Assembly (NCBI GenBank): GCA_051294375.1
Contig: CM119268.1
Span: forward strand, 11,719,585-11,783,584
Source: Paraspadella gotoi
Taxonomy: Eukaryota > Animalia > Chaetognatha
Reading direction: 5' to 3'
Length of the DNA: 64,000 nt
The position numbers and the translations under genes were made by a program. The notes beneath the pieces were generated by a model. The model did not search any database, was not told where the DNA came from, and saw only the letters and a list, made by a program, of their open reading frames with translations. This document shows positions 32,468-48,100 of the stretch, in pieces (positions within the stretch are counted from its first letter, which is position 1; each line of letters opens with the position of its first letter).

Positions 32468-35400
32468 CCAAAAACCAAAAACAGTTAATAATCCCGACCA
32501 AAAAACAACAACAACACGACAACAACGACCCAAGCCAACTCCTAATATGAAGAGCGCCCAGGGGAAAATAAAAAGTAACCCCTCGAAAAAATCTTTTCCC
32601 AATTTGTCCCAATTTACTCGAGGAATGTTTCGTCGATCCGTCGATCTCTTTTTCGAAAAGAGAAAACGTCGACGCTTTTTACCAAAACAGTCGATCGATC
32701 GATACGCAAACTTCTTATCCTCTCTTCGACATCCTCCTTTCAATGAACCCCCTTTTTAAGACCACCCCCCCTTACACCCCCCTCTACCTCCTTCAGAATC
32801 GCTCCTCTGACCCTCAACAACCTCTTTTTGCTCCTCATCTTTCACCTTTGCTTCATTTTTTTTGCCTTTTTAAGATTTTTTTTTCTCCAACTCATCCGTA
32901 ATCCGCTCTTCTTTTTCCTTAAAAATCAGGATTTTTCTCGCTGGTTACAAGAATTCCTACTATCTCTCGATCAATTTCGCTTTTTCTTTACGAGGTTCTT
33001 AAATTGTCTCCTTGCTTGTTCCGACACGATTTTCCACCTTTCATGAATGTACCATCGCTTCCAGACTCACGGATAAAGGGACATAAAAAAGATACGCTAA
33101 CCTCGTTTCGTATTAAATTGTCCTATTGGCTATTACCCTTTGACCTTATTTACCTTTTGGCTGCCGTCTTGAGTTATCATTGGCTGTTTAGGCGAGTTGA
33201 TTTAGTCTGTTGTTCATTATCGGCTCCAAGCTTTTTCTGATGTTTCGATTCACTGTAAATATTATGTGAATCTGTATTCTTTACAGATGGAAAGGAGAAA
33301 AAAAAGTGTTCTCTTTTTTTAATATTGAGGCTCCGGTTTTGTAACGAACACACAAAAAAATGGGAAAGTTGCTTTAAATATTCAGACTTTTTGCGAGAAA
33401 TCTTTTCCTGTTTAAAATATGGAATGAGGATATGACGAAGTGATTGTAATCAATAAGACTAGTCGAGCATCTTGTTATGCCAACGCCGCATCGCAAATCG
33501 CATGGATGACTGACTGCGAAGTGAGCAGCCAATTGAAAAAGAAGAGAGTTTCGAAGTGAAGGGAAGACGTGAGCAAAGAGAGAGAAAGAGAGAAAATCAT
33601 TTTTTTTTCCTCCGGCCCGATGTTCTGTTTACCCTCCGCGTTTTAAAAAAAAATACATAAAATATGGCCCCTTTTTTTTGTTACCGGAAATTCTTGCGGT
33701 TTTTCACGTTGAGTTTTTGCGAGATTCGATCCTCGATATTCGAAGAAAATAAAGGATCAGATTCGGAGAATCTGGAGCCACTCGATCGATCGATCGCCTC
33801 TTAAAAACATCAAGGTCGTGGCGACCGCGAGGGACCGTTGTGAACGAGTTTTATTGTGACGAGATGTTGTGAAGATGTGGGGAAATGTGTTTACATCTTC
33901 AGTTTATTCTGAATCTAAAAGTCGCTGGGCCGCTGTTGATATGATTGTCGACCGTTAGGCTGTTTTCGAACAGGCAAATGATTGATTTAAAGACTAATTT
34001 TGTTTTTTTTGTGTTTTTATCGTGGCCCAAGCACCCTCCAGCGTTAAGTACTACTAACTGTAATTTCAAGAGCCTTTAGACGCTTAGCGTTAGCCTTTTT
34101 AAAAGCTTTTTTAATATTACAATACTTAAAATATTTTATGGTTAAACTAATTTTTATTATCTTTTTAACGTGGTCGTTGTGACTTTAGGAAATGGATCAG
34201 AAATCCAGTCACAGGATTTCACCTTTAACCCAGTTGAGAAAATAGACTCGTTGTAACTCTGTGATTTGGGGGAATTCTTTCATCAAGAAGGACCTACTTG
34301 GGTTGTGAATACTAAAGTCTATGTTAATCTAAGTAGATAACTAGATATAACTGTATATAGAAAATCAAGAAGACTCTCCAACAAACTTTCAGTTAAATTT
34401 TTCTCATGACACAATATTCTTTTTTAATTTTTAAACTTTCCTGCTGATAATCTCGTCACGAACGGAAAAACAAAGAGGGATTTTAAATCTACAGCCCTTA
34501 GCGGATTGCAGCTTTTCTTTTCTTTTTCTTTTTTTTTACTTAAATATTTATTTTAACTTTTTTCTTTCTGTTTCCCAGATGTTGAATCTTTTTCGTTCCT
34601 ATTATGATGACGAGGAAGACGATGAGATGACGACGACGACAACGACGACGACAATTTATTTTATACGATGGCAATGACGACGCGGAGAAAGACGAAAGCT
34701 ATGAAGCTTTTTTTTTAACGATGAATAATAGATAACATATATGTAGAGTAAATAATAGGAAAAAAAATAAGATAGGTAGTTATTACAGTAATTATAGTTA
34801 TCTGCAATGAGTCCGTTGGTCTTTCAGGATATATTTTTTCCCTACCAGAATTTTTTCCTAAACTTCATTTCTGCTTAGCATTTCCTGTCTGATCGGTAAA
34901 CGAGGTAATTAGTAAAAAAATATCAAGTCGAAGAGACAACATAATTGAATAAGGGATTTTTTTTCCAGTTTTCGTCCAAAAAGCCATTCCCCTTAAATTG
35001 ATTTAAGTTGCTGTGACTTTTCTAAAAGTTATTGACACAACAAATATCAGTAGACGACAAAATTAATGAACTTATTTATTTGTTTAATTTTAAATACTTA
35101 TGCACCAACTTAATTATCGCAATTTAGTCAAATAATAATTAATTTGGCTATAATCTACTAAGTCTATTTGCTACCCAGGAATGGAACGGGTCAAACACCA
35201 AAGAATATCATCATCGTTTAATAGATTATTGATGAGTTCAAATCCCGGATGAGTTGAATCTCGGACCCTCTTCTCTTGACTTCTTCCCCTTCACATCACA
35301 AATTAAAAACACCTTTTTTTTTCAAGCGAAAAAGTAAAAAAAAATTCCCTGGGCAGCGTTTTCATGTAGATCTAATTACGGTGAAAAAAAAGTTTTGGAA

Positions 35401-36046
35401 GCGTGAAGAAAAAACGAAACATAAAAAAGCTTATGAAGGAGAATTTTGAGCAGTTCAATTTTTTTGGTATTTTTTTTAGCGAAAATAATACGAGAATTGA
35501 ATCTGTTTGAGGCTATTTAGTATGCAATCTCTTGTTCGCTTTGGGAAAAGTAAACCTTTTTTATACAATAGTATTTATGTATAAAAAAGAATATCTGGGG
35601 AGAAATCATAAAATTTGATTTATCTTAAAACGGCATTAAAATATATATATATTTTTTGTTTTAAAAATATATAAAATTGACAAATTTCAATGTTTTTTTC
35701 AATTAGGTTTTTTCATCACTAAATTCGCAAAAGTCAAAACTGTCACCTTCCCTCCAGGACAAAACAGAAAAGAAGGCTAACATTTTGGAATTTCCTACAA
35801 AACATTACGTTAAATCTCAAATTGTATGAGGGATTCTCTTTTAATCGTTCTGCCAGACGCATTACCACCGCAGAAGTCGCCCTACATTTCGTCGCTTAGT
35901 TTAATTGTTTGGAATTTAGAAAATGTTTTCTTTTAAAATGGTTTTCGACTCTGGAAATAATTCCTTTCACTCTGCTCTCTCCCCTCCTTCCTCTAAATAT
36001 CACCTACTCTGCACCTTCTCTCTCTCTCTCATCATCCATTCTCTCA

Positions 36047-36077
<31 letters not shown>

Positions 36078-37730
36078 TTCTTTCTCGCTTTCTTTCCAAC
36101 CAGGCACCTCAGGATATTGTTCTTAGCATAGGGTTACGACAAAACAAATGTTTCTTCACGTTTTTTTTAGTTCTAATAATGTATCGTGATTCTAACAAGA
36201 AACGTCTATCATATTCGATATTACAAAATGAAAGATGGTTAAGATTTCGATGTTGAAAGTTTTGTAATTTCGATGGAGAAGCGAAGAGGAAAAATCTGTT
36301 TCGATAATTACACTATTTTCTCTCGTTCCGTTTAAGTTTTGACCTAGAAATATGGCGGAGATAGCGCAACGGCATGGCGTAACGTTATCCTAATGTATGC
36401 CCGTCGACAAATATATAATTAATAAAATTTAATTAATAAGTACGCCTGTTTTTTACGTATCCTTATTGAGTCTTTCAAAGCTTAGCAAGAGGAGCCAAAA
36501 AAAAAAAGGACAATACCTATCAGTGCTTTAGACTAAGTATCAAAAAGAAAGAAAATACCGGATCCCTAAAATCCATTTCTGTCTGGCCTCATATCTGCAA
36601 GCGATAACAGAAAGGAAGGAAGGAGATGCCGAGTGGTTATGACTAAAGGAGCGGAAGAACTTGAGATCGAGTTCGCAACAGAATCACCTCAGGCTCAGGG
36701 CGGAGAGATCGAAAATGGGGTCGCTTCGATCTTCGTAGAATTTCGTCAAACTTTCTTGGAGAACAAATTATCAATGCAAACTGTGAATGAATAAATTTAG
36801 GTTTTCGTTGTTTCCTCCTACAAAGCGAAGTGCGTCTGCATGTCAACTCAACATGAATACTTGAATGCTGTACTTTTGATTAACTTTATAACGTCTCTTT
36901 CTTGAGAATCGGGAATCTTGGATAAAAAAAATCTTTCCTTGGTTAATGGTTTATGTATTACCTAAAATTAATGGCTTATGTGAAAAATGTAAATCGACGA
37001 AAATAATTTTTGTCAAAGTCTCAGAAAAGAATTTCATTAAAGATGTAAAAAAACTTTTCACTGTCATACCTCTATTTGCTTCATGAGAGCATACCCAGAT
37101 GAATGTAGGCTACAGCCAATGCCGAAGAAGGGTATACCAAATATTGATAATATTTTACCCATGTTTTGTATACTTTTTATTGAATAAATGAATTATGTGA
37201 ATTATCCGAAAAGATCACGTTATTTCCCGTAACCGTTAGTCACGCCTACCCGGATCATTATAGTAAAAAAATCAGAATTCTTCAAATTTCAATCAAATTT
37301 AAGCTTTATTTCCAAGAGAATCATTATTTTCAAAGAATAAAGTGAATCGATTGGTCTCGACAGGTAAGCAATTCAGGCGCGGCTTGCGACCCAAATAGGA
37401 TTACACTCCAAAAAAATCCCTCTTCTCTCGTCATTATCATCGCTGTCATCGTCATCATTATCATCGCATAATCGAATTTTACTTTTTCTCTTTATCTTTT
37501 TTTTGTTCGGGCAAATGTCATTAAGCTTAGGATATTTTTATTTTTTATGTTTCGTTTAATTGTTTTAAATCACTTTTTAAAATTTTAGGCCGTGCAAATC
37601 AAAGTATTTAAAAAAAAAACAACATAAATTAAGATAATTCATTATCTTCTAAGGGTAATTTAAACGATTTGCCAAAACAAGAAAATAATTTTTAACTAAA
37701 AAAAAATTAATAAATAAAAAGACGCAAACC

Positions 37731-40352
37731 ATGATCACCCTTTTTCTCGTCACCATTTGGACCTCGGTGACGACGGCGTCACCGACGCCCTCTTCCGTCA
37801 ACTCGGCGTCGTGGAACGTCGACAACGCCAGCGGGAATCTTAGCCAATCGGCGGTGGAGCTGTTTCCCGGGCCACACATGGGCAACGTCGTCGTCGGAGG
37901 CGTTGGAGTCTGCGACGATTACTGGGACATTGAGGACGCCAACGTCGTTTGTCGGCAACTGGGGTACCTGTGCGCCGTCGCGGCCACCACACGGTGAGGA
38001 GAAAGGAGGAAGGCGCGGATTGGGAAGTAAGTTTATTGAAATGATTATCTTAGGAAAGATTACTAGAACGGCTCAGGGTTTAGCAATGAATTTGGCGTTT
38101 AACTGAAAGAGAAAAGGAGAGATATCAAAATCCTGAATTCTCATTTCTCATTTCTTAGTTTCTTAGGTACGTGGCTCAGCCCAAGCTCTTCTTTGCCTTT
38201 CCATAGTTTGAGGATCAAATGTATAGTGTTAGATGATAACCTTGTTTATCACCCTATCCTACCCTACCCATTATCTTTTCACTAGCTCCGCCTTCGGACG
38301 CAATCCTGACCATGTCAGCGTTGACGGCTTCGTCTGTAAAGGGCACGAGTCGAAACTCGACTCTTGTCCTCACATTGCGACCAGAAATTGTCGCAACTAC
38401 GAACTGGCGGGGGTCGAGTGCTTTTTGGGTCAGTACCAGGTGAGTGATGGAGAGGACGTAAAATCTTCAAAGAACAAAGCTTCTTGGGCGTACCTCTGTC
38501 CCACTTAACTTTTTCCAGGACATCCGTCTGACCGGAGGAAACACCTCATCCGAGGGTAACGTCGAAATCAAAGTCGACGGGGCATGGCGCTGTATCTGCG
38601 ACGACGGCACCTCCTTGCGAGTGGCGAAGGTGGTGTGCCGGATGCTGGGCTACACTGGAGCCCTCTATTACCGCACGGGACGGGACAACTTTGGAGAGAA
38701 CGACGGAGAATTCTGGCTCGACACGGTTAGGTAATGTTCGGAAAAGATCTTCAAAAATCGGGTTTCGCCGATTGAACGATCAACATAATTTAGAATTATT
38801 CCAATTTTGACAAAATACTAGTTTTCATCACAGAGACATTGAACGAAACTTCTCTCATTGGCTCGAGATGGAATCGTCTAAGACTGACCCACCCTTTGCT
38901 CACCATTCCTCACCCCTCGATCCCCTCGATCCCCTCGTTCCCCTCGATCCCCTCGATCCCCTCGATCCCCTCGATCCCCTCGATCCCCTCGATCCCCTCG
39001 TCTCCAGATGTCGCGGCGACGAAGAGAACATCTTCCAGTGTCGCCACGATTCCTTCGGGAAACACAACTGTGGACCAACGGAATGCCTCGGCGTCGTTTG
39101 CGACGGCGTCCCTGCCGACGGCGCCGTCGTCAACGGATTCGGCTTCGGAATCGGCGGCGTCAACATCGCCGGCGTCAACATCGCCGGCGTCAACATCGCC
39201 GGCGTCAACATCGCCGGCGTGGCGCCGACGAGGAACAACTATGCCCCCATTTTGAGCGACGGAAGTCCAACAACGACAAGAACGACATCTTCGCCGACGA
39301 CGACTTCACCGACATCAACAACCGCAACAACAACGACACCTACCACGACCACTTCGACGCCGACGACGACGACAACATCAGAAACAACACCAATAAGCAC
39401 TACAACGCCAACGACTACACCGACAACAACCACACCAAAGACCACAACGACAACAACACCAAAGACCACAACGACAACAACAACAACACCAAAGACCACA
39501 ACGACAACAACAACAACAACACCAAAGACCACAACGACAACAACAACAACACCAAAGACCACAACGACAACAACAACAACACCAAAGAGCGCCACGACAA
39601 CAACAACAACCACACCAAAGTCCACAACGACAACAACAACAACAAAACCAAAGACCACAACGACGCCGAAAACTCGGACAACAACATCAACAACATCAAC
39701 CACACCAACGACAACGACGACAACAACATCACCATCTATCACAACAACAACAACCAATCCTCTCTGCAACGAAGAAGTTGCCTCCGCCTGTCGCTTGGTC
39801 ATTTCCCGCGTCGAGCAAATCCCCGACGCCATGCTGCCCGATCAGATTCGCAGGATTTTGAGCAGGTGCGACGCCCAGCTGCAGATTTGTGGCGGCGGCG
39901 GCAGCAGCAGTGGCGTCGGCGGCGGAGGAGAGAACGTTTTTGGCGCGGATCTTCGCGATCCGATTCCGCTGACGATGGAAGACTTGGAATCCATTGATTG
40001 GGAGGCGGCACTGGCGGCGGCGATGACGACGACGACGACCACAACGACGACGCCGCTTCGGTGCGACGAGGAACGCTCCGCCGCCTGCAAGGAGCTCTTC
40101 TCCGCCGCCAAGGAGATGCCCCCGTCGATGGTGACGGAGGACGTCAAGCGGATGCTGCGCAGGTGCCGCCTCGAGGTGGCGGCCTGCTCCGCCACGCCAG
40201 CGCCGGTGCGGAGAGACAGGTGCGGCGTGGAGGCGCTGCAGGTGTGTCGCGTCCTCGTGGAGCAGTACCGCGAGGTGCCGCTGTCACTGGCGCCGCCAGA
40301 AGTCAACGATAAGATGCGCAAATGTGTGGAGACGTTGAAGGCTTGCGAGTGA
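37731..40352 (+). CDS. Secreted protein: 2 SRCR domains, Thr-rich mucin, 3 Cys-helical repeats
   Basis: Exons 37731-37993, 38286-38439, 38519-38730 and 39008-40352, all phase-compatible. Signal peptide MITLFLVTIWTSVTTA; SRCR motifs VCDDYWDIEDANVVCRQLGY and IRLTGGNTSSEGNVEI...VVCRMLGY...WLDTVRCRGDEENIFQC...HNC; no TM segment. Confidence 0.92.
38913..38999. repeat. 9-bp tandem repeat (CCCCTCGAT)n next to a splice acceptor
   Basis: About 9-10 units immediately upstream of tctccag|39008. Confidence 0.9.
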
Positions 40353-41035
40353 AGTAAAGGAAGAAGGGATTGTGGAAGGAAGTAAGCGTGGAGTGGCTCG
40401 GGCTCATTGCGTTTGTAATTTGTCAAAATAATTAAGAAACGGCATCGATATTGACTCATTGAATTGATTTTAGTATTGCTACTTAACAAGCTTTACCACA
40501 AATGTTGGAGATTATAAAAAAGACCCAAAAATGCTAGATTTTTTTGGTTATGTTCCTCATATTTGGATTAAAAATGCAAAACATATAATTGAATCGAAAG
40601 TTTCATACGGATCCTCCGTAAATCTTGAACCAAGCCCACGAAACACAGCTGGTCAATGACCATTGACCAGTGGTCATCATCATGAGATCAACTTCGAGCA
40701 AACGAGTTATTCTGGATAATTCGTGATGATTTTCTAAGGTCATTTCTAATCCTAATCAGCTCCTTATAAATTTAAAAACAGATTTGTGAAAAATTTATTA
40801 TTTTTGCGTCAAAAGATTTGGTCATGCCTGTGTTAACGAAAGGGAAGCAGCGAAAAATTAACAGCCAATATAAATTGTTTTCATGCTTTCAAAAATGAAT
40901 TTTGCAATGAAACACATGAGTAAAGAATGATTGTCTCTTGAGAATATGAGATTCTATAAATAATACAATATAAACAGTCCATATGTCGTTACTTCTACTG
41001 TAACGACATCTTAAAAAAGTAATCTCCCCGCGAAA

Positions 41036-41974
<939 letters not shown>

Positions 41975-42419
41975 ATCTTTTTGTTTTTTTTTGTCTGAGA
42001 TATAAAGAAATCTAATTTTAAAGTTTAAAAAGAAAGCGAATTCGTAAACAAACGAGCATGGATGTCATTCGCGCCCAGACAAGCACTGAATCTGTCGAAA
42101 TATATGGGGCAAAGTGACGTCAAAATAGCACACTTTTAAGTGGGATATTTTTTAGTGCAAGAAATTAAAGATATTGAATTCAAAGTTAATTTTTATTATA
42201 CGCTGCCTTATTTATAAAAAATATCGTCTTTTTCTCAAGATTATTGATTTACGGGACAAAAACAATTTTTAATAATTTAAAAAATTAAAAATTGGAATTG
42301 CCTGCGGTACTTTAATCATTTGTTTATCGTGGTTATTTAACCCTTTAGCGCGGACACCTAGGGGGCCGAATTCGAACTAAAATTTAAAAACAAAATTACA
42401 ACCTTTTCTCTGCTCGTTA

Positions 42420-43323
42420 GTTTATTTTCTCTAGGAGACGTAGACCACATTATGTGAAATTAGATCTTTCCCTTTTTGGTACTAAGATAAGTATTATTAA
42501 AGAAGCAATATTTTTGGGGGTTACTTTTGACGGGAGGCTGAATTGGGGAAAACATATTGATAATATTGCAATTAAAATGCGTCAGAGATGCGGGGTGCTC
42601 AGTAAATTAAATTTAAATATCGTAATTTAAATACTGATGTAATATTAAACCTCTATTCTACGTTTGTGATGTCGATGCTAGAAATAGTATGTCCTGTTAT
42701 TGTATCATGTCCAAAGCTCTTTGGAAAAAAACTTGAAATTATTGAATATCGTTTTTTGAAAAGTATTCTTTGTATCCCTAGAGCGAGTGCTAATGAATTA
42801 GCCTTAGACTTAGTCGGTCTAGAACCATTACGAATTAGAATTAGAAAAAGGGCAAAAATACAATGGGCAAATTAATGGATAATACGCCCCTATTACCAAA
42901 GTATATTGGTGATATGAATAACTATCGTAGTAAATAAGAGTGACTTGTCCAATCGAGTATTTAGCTGAGACAAATTTAAAAGTTTGTTTTTAGAAACATT
43001 TTTGTAAGATTTAAACACACTATGGTATTATATATAGAGGTTACCATTTATCTTCGAATTCACAAGGGAAAAGATTGATGTATTATTGGATGATAAGTAA
43101 AAGCTAATTCTGTTTTCTTACTGTGTAGGTATCATTACGCATGGACATATTGAATTAATACCCTTTCTGAAATTTGCCTTGTATTGAGTTGGAGAAGTTG
43201 AATCTGTACTATTCTGTTTTGTACTGTGATTATTTGTATTGATGTGATATTTTTGTATTACTGCGACCCATGGCCTCTCCGGCCCGTCCAATGAATAAAA
43301 ACCTATTAAACCTATTAAACCTA
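42420..43323 (+). mobile_element. 5'-truncated non-LTR retrotransposon (LINE): RT C-terminal region, 3' UTR and tandem tail
   Basis: FLGVTFDGRLNWGKHIDNI...LYSTFVMSMLE...LEIIEYRFLKSIL...LVGLEPLRIR (frameshifted); ends with aataaaa(acctattaa)2accta. Confidence 0.8.
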
Positions 43324-45199
43324 AGTTTATTTGTCTTAACTTTGTTTTTAAGCTTTTTAACCAACAACGTCACACTTTTTTATTATCGTAATCAATAACA
43401 TGACCTTTTTACCTTTTTAAAATCCGAAATTTTTAAAATTTATTTATTTCTTTAAATTACATTACTTTAAGTATTTACATACTTAAGTAGAACTAGCAGT
43501 GTCAATAAGATTGCTTATAATCACTTTCTTATTTTTGAAATCTAGAACCGCGTAAAATACTTTTGACTGATTTAATCGACTATTAAACAATCGAGAGCTG
43601 GCAGGAAGAGATTTTCGGTTTATAATCACCTAATCATCAATATCATCATAACAATATCACATTCACAGTCATTATTTACACAATTTATTTGTCAAAAAAT
43701 ATATAGAAACCTGTTTACAACATTGTACATGATCAAGCCTCGTGATTGTCTAAAGAGTTAAGTTTTTGGCAATACATATACCTAGATATTGAAGGTCCTA
43801 GGGTTGTTTTGGGTTTCAATATGTTCGATAAGGAAATTAACGAAAAACAGCTCTTTCAAACCGTTTCATGTTTTTCTGATAATATTATTTTTTTTGTTCA
43901 AAGATATAGGAGCCTTTATAGGTTTTAAATTTAAAAAAATAATTATATAATGTTGAAGACGAAATATTTTTCTTTCGAGTTTAGAAATCCCCAAAAAGTT
44001 TTTACAAAGTTTTCAACGTCAGAAACATAAATTACTCAAGAACATAAAAATATAATAGATTAGAATATGAAAATAAAAAGGCATACTTCTGATAAATCGG
44101 AAACAAATGAACAATAACTCACAATGTTAAGCTTTGCTTAACAAGAAGAGATCAAGCAATTACAATCGACACAAATGAAACTAACGAATCAATTAGAAAA
44201 ACCTCGGTATCAGGTTCGGTTTTTGTTTTTTTTTTGGTTTTGTTTTATTTTTTTCAGAAACAATGATAACTGATAAGGGTCGTCGTAACTGAAAACTGTT
44301 CATTGAGTGTTTTTTGGAATTGAGGCGAAAGATATATTACTTAGGAACGTAATGAAGAAATAGTCACGAGGTGAAGAAACAGAATTTAAGTCCAGGTGAA
44401 ACAATTTATTTTGACTAATACGTTTAGTTTCCTGATTTAGGAAAAGTAGCAACGTTTTGTTTCTTCCCATTTAAAAAAAAAAAATTGTTTCCCCCCTCGA
44501 TGACGTCAATTTTTTACCGCGAAAAACGTAACCAGCGTTTATCGCTCAAAAAACAGAACTTTTTATCCGCGCCTGTTTTTTTCAGTTTTTTCACCTCATT
44601 CGATCAGCGAACGACGATGGAAAAGCGATGAGTCATCCGGGAAACTTCGATCGCTTCGTCAAGTCACAGCATTCAATGATTTTTAATTCCGCATTTAGAA
44701 CTCGTAGGGTTAGCGGTAGCCGACCAAATTCAAATTTTAATGGGAACAGCATGAAACAAATCCATTATTGGTATTTGTTATTGTGTTAAAATATTTTTTT
44801 GCCAAAATGTTCCGAACCATGAGTAATTCGCTAATTAAAATTATTATATTGCTGTATAATGTTCAAAAATGTTTTGGGATATTTTAATTTTTTTTAATTG
44901 ATTTTGATAGAGCTCAAAAAAGTTCGATTTTAGAAAATTTTGGTCCATTGAAAGTTTTCTCAGAAATGTATGAAGTTTCATTTGGGAAGGTTCCCAAATA
45001 AAACTTCCGACCCATCCAACTGACAAAGATTGGCCCGAGCAGGGTTTTGTCTCTTCTCTTTAAATCCACTAAGGAGATTTTGGTATCCATTTGCCCCGAC
45101 GTCCTCAGTTCTTTACTTTTTTTTCTCTCCTCGTCGACCGAGCCCCTCTATCTCCCTCAAAAGTCTCGTAAGTTCCGCCCTGCCCCCCCCCCCACATTT

Positions 45200-48100
45200 T
45201 CATTCCCTTCCGATTGAGCCTCCGTTGGTCTTTTCCGAGTTGCCCTCTTGTCCGTCTTCGTTATCGTCGTCGCCGCCGCAGTCTTTGGCGCTGCGGTACA
45301 ACATCAACAGCAGAAAGTCGATGATCTCGTAGATGGTGAAGATGGAGGCGCCGAAAAATAGGGCTAGGGTGCCGCCCACGTCCGCTGGGGATGGAAACGA
45401 AAGTAAAACGAACGAATTGATCGATCGATTTTTGAACGAGCGAATCTAAAGCCGAAGGAAGTTTACGACTTTTCCTTCCGTTTTACTCACATAAAAACTC
45501 GAAAACGTTGTAAGCGGGATATTGGGAGTAGTTGAACGTTTCCAGCCGCTCGAAATAAATGTCGAGAGTCACGAAGTTTCGTCTGAAATTCAAAGTTCGA
45601 TTAGAAATAAACGTCTGTTGTTGATAACTGCTGGTCATGGTGTTTGTCTGAAAAGCTCTGGTTTCAATCAATTGCTAACTATGTAAGTTGTTAAATAAAA
45701 TAAAATTTATTCTTAAAACTACTTATAAATTTTCTAGCATAAAAACCCCCCAAATTTTATTGAAGCGAGAAGTGTATACAATAAAGTCATAAAAATGTTG
45801 GTTTTCAAATCAAAACGAGTATATTGCAGTTGAATTATATCAAAAGTCGAACCGACGAAATGTATAACAAATATTACTTATTAGTTTGTAAAAAATATAC
45901 GAAGAGAAGCAGGTTGTATGATCGAAAAATATAAACTTTCGAAGTAAAAAAACAAAAGATTGAAATAAGTGTATACGTAGATCTACGTGTACTGCTTGAC
46001 TCCCAATTGCAAGACACAAACTTCTTGCATCAATCAAGACGGTGGAAATTGGCAGCAAAACATGCTGATCTCATTGACGCCGGAATCGTCGTAAAAGGTT
46101 CGAGGCTCCGACTCGACCTTCGCCTGGAACCCGCAAATGGCCGACCCGATCGGGCATCTCAACCAGGGTGTTCTTCTTGAGCAAGGCTCCTCGCAACTCG
46201 ACGTGGACAGGCCGCTGTCCACGAGTTCCGTGCCCCAACCTCTCTCGGGACACTCGGGAACGTCGCAGAGCAAAGAGAGGCTGAAGGCACCGACGCTGGA
46301 TCCGTCGAATCCAACGCGGAATCCGTTGACGAAGTGTTGGGGACTCGGGCAAGACTTGAAGATCGAGGGGTACTCTGTTTCGACGCCGGCGGACGAGATG
46401 AAGCGACGACGAATCGGCGGCGTCGTCGGGTCAGTTCGGTTGACGACGGCGCGGACGGAGCAAGGGGGCCCCGTCTCCGACTTCTCTACGACGCTCTCGC
46501 ACTCCAGACGGAATTTGGTGATGCCTTTGGTAGGGGGGGAATCAATTTCGTGAATATAATGATTTAGCATATCTACCGCGGTCGGTACCAAATATAAACA
46601 CGTTGTAGGGTATTACGAACGGCTGGACATTTAATGTTTTGGTCTTGTTTTGATCAAGTATGTCTTATTGCAGAATTACGGACTTTTGTTGTCTGAATTG
46701 AGAGATAAGAGAAAAATAATTTGTTTTGTTTTTGAAATTTTGAAATTTATTATAATATATAAATATTATAATTGATATAAATATAATTATAATATACATG
46801 CGCCAGCTTGTATAATAACATTAAGCCAATATTTCGACTTAATTCGCTTAAGAAAGGTTAAAATGTTAAAAAACTGGTACTCGACATTTTTCAAAATTGT
46901 TTCCCCCCCCCTACCTTTGGCGTCGAGCCACCGTCCATTGTCCACCCAGACTTGAAAACCGCGCACGAAGGTTTTCTCTGGACAAAAAACTGGCGCGTAG
47001 AGAGACGCCGCGGAATCGGAATCAACGCCGGGCGGCGGAACGGCGTCTAAAACCGCGAGGTAGAATCGAGGATGCTTTAGTGACGGCGTCAGGCGCGTCA
47101 GCCGGAGCGGCGGAGGCGGCGGCGGTGGCAGAGGCGGGGGTGGGAGATAAATCGACGAAGCCAAGAACGAACCAATAAAGAGATTAATGTAGACGAAGGG
47201 TTGGAAAAACATTTTTTTAAATATACCGAGATTCATTGTCCTTTTTTAAGGATGGAAATTCGAGACGAATTTTGAAAGGGATGCAACAACGATTTTTATT
47301 TATGAAGAAACGATAAAGGATGTTACACAATAGATAGAAAATAAGAATCTTTAGTGTCGAAAGGAAAAGTTCAGCATGACAGGAACAAAAACGGTTCCTG
47401 CTGACGCAATTAAAAAGAATGAGGAATAAAACAAAGTGGAAGAACCCGAGGAGAATGAGTCAGTGAATTTATATTTAGAACGAAAAAAGCAGTTCCGAGA
47501 ATTGATTATTCAAAGCGCATTATAAAAATTTTTGTCATTTTTTATCTTTATGAGTTGCGCCGCGAGTACTCACGGAGAATCTCGATAAGTCACTTTTCGG
47601 TCGGTCTGTCGGTCGAAATGTCTATCCATTGGTCTGTTCCACTTATGTTAAAAATGTATATAATTCGCCTATAGTTGGTTGCTCATTTGTTAAGACAGGA
47701 AAAAACCTATAATCTAAGTGACTGCTAGCGCCGCCTTCAGGAAATCCTAAAACTATAAGGAATAAAAGATAGAATTTTGATGCAATGCATGTCATAAATA
47801 CACGGGCTCAGAAAATTTTTTAGTCATGTCAAGTATTGTCATGTCATGTCAGGTTATATCATATGTGATCAAAGGGAAATACATGTGAAAAGAAAGTCAC
47901 AGCGGCGCAACACATTGGATGAACCGATCTTGTTTTTTTATAATTGTTATAGACGAAACAAATCGTTCCTCAATAAGTTTGTTCAATTATTTTCGATGAG
48001 GCAAGGTCAGGGATACATTGAATTCTAGATTACTAAATCAGAGTGAGACTTTTCGTTAAACAAAATATTTTGAAAGTTTTTTTTATCATTTCAATGATCG

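Noticed and set aside
40649-41010. Short perfect hairpins (CTGGTCAATG/CATTGACCAG; ATGTCGTTAC/GTAACGACAT)
   Set aside because: Isolated 10-bp stems with no further evidence of function.
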